DNA of 44,091 bases, taken from assembly GCA_050999735.1 (NCBI GenBank), contig JBPCPB010000284.1, forward strand, positions 1 through 44,091, given 5' to 3'. Each line of letters starts with the position of its first letter. The stretch's first letter is position 1. The notes beneath the pieces are model-generated. The model saw only the letters and a list, made by a program, of their open reading frames with translations. It was not told the DNA's origin and made no database searches. Below, piece by piece: positions 1 to 7,260 of the stretch. The position numbers and the translations under genes were made by a program. Source of the stretch: Thermomicrobiales bacterium (GTDB taxonomy: Bacteria > Chloroflexota > Chloroflexia > Thermomicrobiales > JALYUS01).

Positions 1-292
1 TCCAAAGGGCACCCGCCGTCGCCATCGCTGGGGTCTGTCCATATGCGAGACCCTGCTTCGTGGCGGTACTCATGGACTCTCGCGCTCCGGCGTGTGCGCC
101 GCTGTCGGCGATGTGCAAGAAAACGGAGGATTGCTTGGTACTACTCGATCGCATGGCACGCACTCCGATTTCGACCGTGTCAACGCCCGCAAACGTACCA
201 TAAAACTGGTCTGCGAAATCTCTGTACCAATGACATCGACGGTCAGTGAGTTCCGTGGTACAACGACCCTGACAGATGCAAACGAAAGGGCC

Positions 293-919
293 ATGCCCAT
301 GCTTGTTGGCTATGCCAGAGTTTCGACCACCGATCAGAATCTCGATCTTCAGACCGATGCGCTCCACGCCGCCGGATGCGAGCGCCTGTTTACCGACACG
401 ATCAGCGGCGCCAAAGTGGACCGGCCGGGACTGACCGCAGCCCTCAACATCTGTCGGCCCGGCGATACGCTGGTGGTCTGGAAGCTCGACCGTCTCGGCC
501 GCTCGCTCCCACACCTCGTCGAGACGGTGCGCGATCTGGTCGCCCGCGGGGACGACTTCAAGAGCCTGCAGGAGAGTATCGATACGACAACCAGTGGCGG
601 TAAACTGATCTTCCACCTCTTCGCGTCGCTCGCCGAGTTCGAACGCGACCTGATCCGCGAGCGAACGAATGCCGGGTTATCGGCGGCACGGGCGAGAGGG
701 CGGAAGGGGGGACGCCCGAAAGGCGTAGACCCGAAGAAGCAGAAAGTGGCGCTGGCGTTGAGGAAGGAGGGCGAGCATAGCATCCACGAGATTTGCGAGA
801 TCGTCGGTATTTCACGCAACACTTATTACAAGTACACGCGTGCGGCCGACCAGCTGGTACCAGAGAAACAATGTGCAAACGAGCCCGATGAGCACCGGCC
901 AGCGTCCCAAGTCATGTAA
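293..919 (+). CDS. Serine recombinase (resolvase/invertase family)
   Basis: ORF 92..919 contains the canonical N-terminus MLVGYARVSTTDQNLDLQ (catalytic Ser in YARVST), a DRLGRS block, and a C-terminal HTH (IHEICEIVGISRNTYYKY). The first 67 codons of the tracked ORF look like non-coding filler, so the start is placed at ATG 293 (alternative ATG 299). Confidence 0.9.
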   Translation: MPMLVGYARVSTTDQNLDLQTDALHAAGCERLFTDTISGAKVDRPGLTAALNICRPGDTLVVWKLDRLGRSLPHLVETVRDLVARGDDFKSLQESIDTTTSGGKLIFHLFASLAEFERDLIRERTNAGLSAARARGRKGGRPKGVDPKKQKVALALRKEGEHSIHEICEIVGISRNTYYKYTRAADQLVPEKQCANEPDEHRPASQVM

Positions 920-1036
920 CGCCTGCTCTGGTACGGCACTCCCGACTTTTTAGTGCTCTCTATCTGGAACAATCGTCTTATGCGCGCGACACTATAGGGG
1001 AAGACGCCTCTCGATGATCTTACGGTTACGCTGCCT

Positions 1037-1571
1037 TCAGACGTCGCTCCAGTTGATCCACCGCGCGACGATGTAGATCACCGGGATGAAGTCGAAGACC
1101 TCCGGCAGCGCACCCACGATCAGCCCCGCCAGTTGCTGATCCGCGTGCGCGCTCATCCCCCACGCCACGGCCCGTGCGGCGTACGCGGGAAACCACGGTC
1201 CTGACGTGCCGAAGAGCGCCATGCCGAAGAAGACCCCCACCAACGAGGCGGCGATGTCGCAGAAGAGCACGCGCGCGTAGCCCATCGTTGGCCGTGCCTG
1301 CGGGTGACGGATCATCCACCAGAAGAGCAGGCCGACACCCAGGAAGCTTGCCTGCTCGAGGAGATGCAACGGTTCGCTCGCGAGCGTCGCTTGCTGGAGG
1401 GCAGGAATGTGCCAGACAAGCAGCGCGCCGACATCGAGCGCCCCGATGACGGCTGGTCGGACGATCAAGCCCATCAGGACATGGACAATACGCGAGCCAG
1501 CCCACCATCGTCGCGGTTGGCTTGCCGAGGACGAACAGCAAGGGTACTGGGACGGTGAGGAGCATGTACTG
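1037..1571 (-). pseudogene. 5'-truncated ctaG-like (caa3-type cytochrome oxidase assembly factor) membrane protein remnant
   Basis: The translation has blocks typical of the C-terminal half of CtaG/COG3336 proteins (LLVWHIPAL, LHLLEQASFLGVGLLFWW, ADQQLAGLIVG) and only about 4 hydrophobic helices. The frame runs directly into the IS inverted repeat, and the ATG at 1579 used by the ORF track lies inside that repeat. No N-terminal half is found beyond the IS. Confidence 0.5.
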
Positions 1572-1595
1572 GGATGCATCTAAAAGCCGATCGGT
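1572..1595. repeat. IS left terminal inverted repeat (GGATGCATCTAAAAGCCGATCGGT)
   Basis: Its reverse complement occurs at 2939..2962 with one mismatch (A/G). Confidence 0.85.
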
Positions 1596-1664
1596 AGCGG
1601 TGAGCAAGGAAAGGGAGCCATACTGCGGTGTAGCGACTTGCAACCCTACATCGAGGAGGCTCCC

Positions 1665-2939
1665 ATGGAATTGAGGATAACACACCCTCTCATCCTGCCT
1701 GACGATCCCTGCTCCCTTGATGCATTGGAAGAGACGATCCAGACCTGGGGGCAGGAACTCAAGCGCTACGCCCTCGCTGCGGCATGGGCGGCACAGATGG
1801 CACGTCTTCCTCCCGTTCCCTGTCCGAGCTGTCAATCGCTCGATCAGCGGCGTGCGGGCCACAAAACGCGCTGGATCGAAACGCTGTTTGGTGGCGTGCC
1901 GTTGGTGCGCCAACGGCAGCACTGCCGCAGCTGCGGGCGGCACTTCCAGTGCGATGATGCCCTGCTTACGCCGGTGCTGGGCGCGGGACGCTGTCCACCG
2001 CGATTACAGGAGTTGGCGGCGTTATGCGGGGCGAGTTGGCCGTATCAGCAGGCGGCGGTCGTGCTCGGCAAAGTGCGTGGGGCACCGCTGGCGGCGGAGA
2101 CGGTGCGCCGGATCGTCGCGGTGGCCGGGGCAGCGGTGGCTGCGCAGTACGCGGCGGAAGCCCAAATCGCCTGCCGCCCACCCGCGACTGCGCCCGTCCC
2201 CATGACGGCGCCGACGGCGGTGGAGATCATCCTTGATGGCGGATGGATTCGCAGCCGGGACAATGCGCAGGGCATGGAAGTGAAGGTCGGCGTCGTGCAT
2301 ACGGGCAGCGCATCATGCGGCGCGACGCGCATGCGACTGCCGACGCGGCAATATGCCGCTACCGCGCACGGGGTCACGCCCTTTGCTCCGCTGGTCACAG
2401 CGGCGATTGACCATCTGGACGGCTTTACCGCCGCCGAACAAACGCTGCTCGGCGATGGCGCAACCTGGATTTGGCGGTTGGGCGCGGCAATCATCCCGGA
2501 CGCGACGCCGGTGCTGGATCGCTGGCATCTGCGTGACGCGCGCCGCCGGGCGACACGGGCAGCGGTGCCCGACAAGGCGGCACGCACGCCGTGGAGTGTG
2601 CGCTTGGAGGATGCCTTGGACGTGGGCGACGTGCCCCACGCCCTGCGGGTGCTGGGAGAGATGCAGCAGCAGTATGCCCATCCAGCACTGGGAGAGTTTG
2701 CCACCTATCTGTGCAACCACGCAGTGCGGATTCCGGACTATGCGGCGCGGCAGGAGGCGGGGAAGACAATTGGCAGCGGAGCAGGAGAGAAGGGCGTGGA
2801 TGTCGTCGTCAATCGGCGGTTGAAAGGACGGCGGGGGATGCGCTGGTGGCGGGAACGGGCGGACGGGGTCGTGGCATTGCGATTGGCGACCCTCAACGAT
2901 GAGTGGAAGTCACGGCTCTCCGCTGCATTGGCTGCCTGA
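1665..2939 (+). CDS. IS transposase (family uncertain, ISKra4-like guess)
   Basis: GAGGAGG RBS at 1653-1659, 5 nt before ATG 1665. There is an N-terminal pair of Cys-x2-Cys motifs (CPSC...CRSCG) and acidic motifs ILDGGWIRSRD, LLGDGATWIW and LDRWHL, reminiscent of DDE transposases of the ISKra4 group. The family assignment is from memory only. Confidence 0.75.
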   Translation: MELRITHPLILPDDPCSLDALEETIQTWGQELKRYALAAAWAAQMARLPPVPCPSCQSLDQRRAGHKTRWIETLFGGVPLVRQRQHCRSCGRHFQCDDALLTPVLGAGRCPPRLQELAALCGASWPYQQAAVVLGKVRGAPLAAETVRRIVAVAGAAVAAQYAAEAQIACRPPATAPVPMTAPTAVEIILDGGWIRSRDNAQGMEVKVGVVHTGSASCGATRMRLPTRQYAATAHGVTPFAPLVTAAIDHLDGFTAAEQTLLGDGATWIWRLGAAIIPDATPVLDRWHLRDARRRATRAAVPDKAARTPWSVRLEDALDVGDVPHALRVLGEMQQQYAHPALGEFATYLCNHAVRIPDYAARQEAGKTIGSGAGEKGVDVVVNRRLKGRRGMRWWRERADGVVALRLATLNDEWKSRLSAALAA

Positions 2940-2962
2940 CCGACCGGCTTTTAGATGCATCC
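2939..2962. repeat. IS right terminal inverted repeat (ACCGACCGGCTTTTAGATGCATCC)
   Basis: Reverse complement of 1572..1595 at 23/24 positions. The transposase stop codon TGA (2937-2939) abuts it. Confidence 0.85.
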
Positions 2963-2978
2963 AGGCCCATACATCCCC

Positions 2979-3006
2979 TTGACAAACGCATGAAATCATA
3001 GATAAT
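2979..3006 (+). promoter_or_regulatory. Candidate sigma70-type promoter of the GntR gene
   Basis: TTGACA (2979-2984), 16-nt spacer, GATAAT (3001-3006), lying 50 nt upstream of the TTG start at 3058. Confidence 0.4.
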
Positions 3007-3014
3007 AGATTATC
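3001..3014. promoter_or_regulatory. Perfect palindrome GATAAT-AG-ATTATC overlapping the -10 box (candidate operator)
   Basis: Read directly from the sequence. It overlaps the putative -10 of the GntR-family regulator gene. Confidence 0.3.
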
Positions 3015-3057
3015 AGTCATTGAGACAGTTGAGTGTGTCTCGCATGAGAGGTGCCGT

Positions 3058-3774
3058 TTGGATTTACGTACCCACCCCGTTGTGCGACGCGTCTTTCGCG
3101 AAGATGTCAAAGAGTATTTGATCGCTGCAATTCTCAGTGGACGGCTCAAGCCCGACGAGCGGATCGTGGAGACGCGCATCGCCCAGGAACTTGGCATCAG
3201 TCAAGGGCCGGTTCGCGAAGCGTTGCGTGACCTTGATCTCTTCGGCTTCGTCGTCTGCGAGCCCTTCCGCGGCGCACGCGTCCGGCATCTTTCGCACGCG
3301 GACCTCGTCGGCATCTATCCGATCCGTGCTGCGCTCGAAGGTGTTGCGGCGCGCTTCGCGGCACAACGCACAGATGCTCCATTCATCGCCCGGCTGGAGG
3401 CCCTCTTCGCGCACTTGCGGTGCATGGCTGATATCGACGATCGACAGGCATACATGAAGGCGGACAATGCGCTCCATGAAGCGATTGTGGAACACTCCGG
3501 CAACGATTGGCTTCAGCGGTTTTGGCAGAGTCTGAATCTTCCCATGACGACGCTGATCTCGGTGAACATGAGCAACCGCTCACTACCCGAACTCGCGGAT
3601 CGCCACGAGGCATTGGTGGCAGCACTCTCCGTGGGGGACGCGCCCGCTGCGGAAGCGGCGATGCGCCAGCACATCGAAGAAATTGGTGAATGGGTGCTCA
3701 CCGCGCTGGACGCGCAAAACCAGTGGTCGATAGATCAGTCCGCTCTCGGCGCGCTGGCGGAGGTTCGACGCTGA
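3058..3774 (+). CDS. GntR-family transcriptional regulator (FadR/FCD subfamily)
   Basis: N-terminal winged HTH (LKPDERIVETRIAQELGISQGPVREALRDL) followed by an all-helical FCD-like C-terminal domain. TTG start with GAGAGG upstream. Confidence 0.85.
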   Translation: MDLRTHPVVRRVFREDVKEYLIAAILSGRLKPDERIVETRIAQELGISQGPVREALRDLDLFGFVVCEPFRGARVRHLSHADLVGIYPIRAALEGVAARFAAQRTDAPFIARLEALFAHLRCMADIDDRQAYMKADNALHEAIVEHSGNDWLQRFWQSLNLPMTTLISVNMSNRSLPELADRHEALVAALSVGDAPAAEAAMRQHIEEIGEWVLTALDAQNQWSIDQSALGALAEVRR

Positions 3775-3901
3775 GCGCTCGTCATATCAGCGACATGCGG
3801 AAGGAGGCCACGGCGAGAGGGGGACGCGCATACGGGATGGTGAACAGCGAGAATGTGATCGGTCGCCGAGGTAGTGAAGGCGGCGAAAGAGGAGACGGGT
3901 T

Positions 3902-5284
3902 ATGCGACAGGGGACGCGATTGAATCGACGGCACTTCCTTGTGGGTATCGCGGCGACGGCAGGCGCGGCAATCCTCGCTGCATGCGGTGGTGGAAGCGCA
4001 ACGCCCGCCCCGGCGACGAGCGGAAATGCCCCCGCCGCCGCATCAACGACTGGCGGGAGCGGGACGACCACCCCAGCAACAGCGAGTAAGGACAAAATCA
4101 AGCTCAACATCGCGGTGAACAACTCATCACCCGCCGAAGTCACCTTGATGCAGAAAGCGGTCGATCTCTACAAGACCGACCATCCGAATGCCGACATCTC
4201 GGTCCTCGGCTATGATCCGACGACCTACGACCAGAAACTCCTCACCGATGTATCGGGCGGGACGCTCCCGGACATCTTCTCCGTTAGTGATGTCTTCAAT
4301 AAGCCGTTCTTTCAGAATGGCCTCATCGCCGATCTGAAACCGCTTGCGGCGAAGACAGGGTTCAAGCTCGACGACTTCGACCCGCAGTTCCTCGGCCTCG
4401 CCGACTACCAGGGCAAGATTGGTTTCCTGCCGCGCGCCGCCGATGTCGTCGTTCTGTACTACAACAAGCGGATGTTCGACGAGGGTGGGATGAAATATCC
4501 CGACACGAACTGGACCATGCAGGACTTTATGGGGGCCGCAGAGAAATTGACAAAGAAGGCCTCCGATGGCACCGTCTCGCAGTACGGCTTCACGTCGAAC
4601 TACACGACGTGGTCAATCTGGGTCCCGATGGTGGTCGCGGAAGGTGGCACGATCCTTTCGGAGGACAACAAGAAAGCGACCTTCGATTCACCCGAGGGGA
4701 TCCGCGCATGGAACTACATCTTCACCGGCGTGAAGAATAATTGGTTCGCGCCGCCATCCGTACAGAGCACGATGGGTGGACCAAATGTCCCGTTCTTCAA
4801 CAGCAAAGCGGCGATGGTGTTCAGCGTTCGCGCGCTCACGCCGAACGTCCGTGCGCAACTAAAGGATGACTGGGATGTGCAGCTCGTCCCGAAGGGAACG
4901 GTGGATCGGAAGTCCGGGATGGGGACGACGGGATACGGCATCTCCGGCAAGACAAAGACCCCGGACGCCGCGTGGGATTTCATGCAATTCCTGTTCACGA
5001 AGGGACTGCAGGTCTTCATGCAGTCGTACCTCGTCGTGCCGCCGATCAAGACGTTCTACAACGATCCCGCGTGGCGGAATCTCCCACCGCCCCCGGCGAA
5101 CAACGACATCTTCGTGAGTGCGACACAGACCGCGATGTTGCCGCCGCCGCTCCCGTTCTACAGCACAGGGCCATTCAAGCAGGCGATGACGGACGGCTTG
5201 GACGCGGTGACATTAGGTAAGATGACTCCCGATCAGGCGGTCAAGCAGATGGCCACACAGGCCACCGCCTCACTCCAGTCGTAG
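3902..5284 (+). CDS. Sugar ABC transporter substrate-binding lipoprotein (CUT1 / SBP family 1), Tat signal
   Basis: The signal RLNRRHFLVGIAATAGAAILAAC GGG carries a twin-Arg and a lipobox Cys. It is followed by a Thr/Ala/Gly linker and an extracellular solute-binding fold. RBS GAGGAG. Confidence 0.9.
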   Translation: MRQGTRLNRRHFLVGIAATAGAAILAACGGGSATPAPATSGNAPAAASTTGGSGTTTPATASKDKIKLNIAVNNSSPAEVTLMQKAVDLYKTDHPNADISVLGYDPTTYDQKLLTDVSGGTLPDIFSVSDVFNKPFFQNGLIADLKPLAAKTGFKLDDFDPQFLGLADYQGKIGFLPRAADVVVLYYNKRMFDEGGMKYPDTNWTMQDFMGAAEKLTKKASDGTVSQYGFTSNYTTWSIWVPMVVAEGGTILSEDNKKATFDSPEGIRAWNYIFTGVKNNWFAPPSVQSTMGGPNVPFFNSKAAMVFSVRALTPNVRAQLKDDWDVQLVPKGTVDRKSGMGTTGYGISGKTKTPDAAWDFMQFLFTKGLQVFMQSYLVVPPIKTFYNDPAWRNLPPPPANNDIFVSATQTAMLPPPLPFYSTGPFKQAMTDGLDAVTLGKMTPDQAVKQMATQATASLQS

Positions 5285-5290
5285 CGATCG

Positions 5291-5317
5291 GGGGACTGGC
5301 GGGCGATGTCAGTCCCC
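5291..5317 (+). other. Stem-loop immediately 3' of the SBP gene
   Basis: GGGGACTG (5291-5298) pairs with CAGTCCCC (5310-5317) around an 11-nt loop. There is no T-tract. Confidence 0.35.
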
Positions 5318-5386
5318 TGAGTACATCTTGCCGTGTGTTCGAACGCGCGACTGCGCGGCACACCGTACAGATTGGGGGGATGAATC

Positions 5387-6322
5387 GTGCAAACGGATGT
5401 ATCACTCCAAGGAAGCGTCGCAGTCAATCAGGGGGCGCGGCGCGCAAAGAAACGCCAGTACCGCGATTGGCCGTGGGTGCTGCTGTTCCTCGGGCCGAAT
5501 TTCATCCTCTTCGTCGCGTTCCTAGCATTCCCCGTCTTTTACGGCTTGTATATGAGCTTCTTCAAGTGGAATATCATCGGGACGCCCCACTTCATCGGCC
5601 TTGATAACTACGCGCACTTTTTTCACGATCCCTTGACGCCACGTCTCGCCAAGAACTCCGCCTATTATCTGGCCGGCACGGTCGCTCCGATCATCATTCT
5701 TTCGCTGTTGACCGCTACCCTGCTCAACGCGGTGACACGTTTCACCTCCTTTTGGCGCGGCCTCTTCTTCCTCCCCCTCGTCACTTCGCCGGTCGCGGCG
5801 GCAGCTGTCTGGCGCTGGATGTACGCGAAAGACAACGGGCTTGTGAACTATGTCGTGAGCCGCTTTGGCGTTACGCCACATGACTGGCTCTACAACACGA
5901 CCTGGGCAATGCCGGCGTTGATCGTCGTGACGGTCTGGCTGGCGCTCCCGTTCAATACCATCTTGTATCTCGCGGGCCTCCAGGAGATCCCCAAGGATCT
6001 CTACGAGGCGGCATCAATTGATGGCGCATCCGGTTGGCAGCAGTTCCGCCGGATCACGATCCCGCTTCTGACGCCGACAACATTCTTCGTGTTCCTCATC
6101 ACCGTCATTAGCGTCCTGTTTGGGTCCTTCGACATCGTGAACGTCATGACTCAGGGTGGCCCTTTGAACGCAACTAACACCTTCATCTATACCATCTATC
6201 AGAACGCGTTCCAGTTCTTCCAATTCGGCTACGCCTCCGCGCAGGCATATCTCCTCTTCGTGGTGGTCTTCGTCTTCACGCTCGCGAACTGGCGCGTCCA
6301 GAGGAAGTGGGTACACTACTAA
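5387..6322 (+). CDS. Sugar ABC transporter permease (MalF/UgpA-like)
   Basis: Six hydrophobic segments and a permease EAA-loop region (LYEAASIDGASGWQQFRRITIPLL). Confidence 0.9.
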   Translation: MQTDVSLQGSVAVNQGARRAKKRQYRDWPWVLLFLGPNFILFVAFLAFPVFYGLYMSFFKWNIIGTPHFIGLDNYAHFFHDPLTPRLAKNSAYYLAGTVAPIIILSLLTATLLNAVTRFTSFWRGLFFLPLVTSPVAAAAVWRWMYAKDNGLVNYVVSRFGVTPHDWLYNTTWAMPALIVVTVWLALPFNTILYLAGLQEIPKDLYEAASIDGASGWQQFRRITIPLLTPTTFFVFLITVISVLFGSFDIVNVMTQGGPLNATNTFIYTIYQNAFQFFQFGYASAQAYLLFVVVFVFTLANWRVQRKWVHY

Positions 6323-7158
6323 TGTTCGGCCGTATGACTCGCAATCCCCTGATCACCGCGCTGCTCCTGGCGATCCTGATCGGCGCCGCCCTGATTAACC
6401 TCGTCCCCTTCCTGTGGATGGTCTCGACGTCGCTCAAGCCCCTGTCGAAGGTCTTTGCATACCCCCCGGAGTGGATCCCGCATCCGATCAAATGGAGCAA
6501 CTACCCCAACGCGATCCGCATCGTCAACGGTCGCGTCTTCTTGAACTCGGCGATTGTCACATGCGGCATCGTCCTCCTCCAAGGCCTCGTAACGACCATG
6601 GGCGGATTCGCGTTCGCGCGCCTCCGCTTCCCGTTCCGGGATCAGCTCTTTCTCCTCTACCTTGGCACGTTGCTGATCCCCGCGCAGGTCACGCTCATCC
6701 CCGCCTACATCGTGATCGTCCATCTCCATTGGGTGAACACCTATCAGGGGATTATCATCCCGACCGTCGCGCATGGCGCGTTCGGCACCTTCCTCTTCCG
6801 CCAATTCTTCCTGCGCATCCCGGACGAATACTACGAGGCCGCACGTCTCGATGGCGCGAATTATTGGCAGCAATTCTGGACGCTGACGCTCCCGCTCAGC
6901 CGTCCCGTCCTCAGCGCGTACGGCATCCTCACCTTCCTCAATGCCTGGAAACTCTACCTCTGGCCACTCATCGTCGTCCGTTCTCCGCAGATGAAGGTCG
7001 TACCAATGGCGATCGCCGAACTGAGCGGCACGGCGGGGGAGGATCGTGCCGTCATGATGGCGGCCGTCGCCCTCTCGATTTTGCCGCTCCTCCTCCTATG
7101 GATCGTGGCCCAGAAATGGATCATTCAGGGGATCGCGTCGACCGGGCTGAAGGGATGA
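6322..7158 (+). CDS. Sugar ABC transporter permease (MalG/UgpE-like)
   Basis: The start ATG overlaps the upstream stop (TAATG at 6320-6324). EAA loop YYEAARLDGANYWQQFWTLTLPL. Confidence 0.9.
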   Translation: MFGRMTRNPLITALLLAILIGAALINLVPFLWMVSTSLKPLSKVFAYPPEWIPHPIKWSNYPNAIRIVNGRVFLNSAIVTCGIVLLQGLVTTMGGFAFARLRFPFRDQLFLLYLGTLLIPAQVTLIPAYIVIVHLHWVNTYQGIIIPTVAHGAFGTFLFRQFFLRIPDEYYEAARLDGANYWQQFWTLTLPLSRPVLSAYGILTFLNAWKLYLWPLIVVRSPQMKVVPMAIAELSGTAGEDRAVMMAAVALSILPLLLLWIVAQKWIIQGIASTGLKG

Positions 7159-7214
7159 TTGATCGGGAGGGAGCGATACATCGCTGCTATTCCATACGTT
7201 GCGAGCGGAAGCGA

Positions 7215-7248
7215 AGAGACACGCGATTAGAGCGTCTCTTTATTTTTT
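7215..7248 (+). terminator. Rho-independent terminator-like hairpin plus T-tract
   Basis: AGAGAC (7215-7220) pairs with GTCTCT (7233-7238), followed by TTTATTTTTT (7239-7248). Confidence 0.55.
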
Positions 7249-7260
7249 AGGAGGTTTACC

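Larger units (their letters stand above)
1572..2962 (+). mobile_element. Complete insertion sequence (single DDE-type transposase, possibly ISKra4-like)
   Basis: Bounded by 24-bp terminal inverted repeats matching at 23/24 positions. It encodes one transposase filling almost the whole element. No flanking direct repeat is visible. Confidence 0.8.

Noticed and set aside
43-300. Small ORFs upstream of the recombinase (43-249 plus strand, 70-300 minus strand) and the first 67 codons of ORF 92-919
   Set aside because: The translations are Arg/Cys-rich and do not look like proteins. The region is better explained as non-coding DNA carrying the GTACCA motif cluster.
1026-1943. 305-aa minus-strand ORF spanning the ctaG-like remnant and the IS left end
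   Set aside because: It crosses the IS inverted repeat and runs antisense to the transposase. Its frame differs from the CtaG-like frame and it has no motifs.
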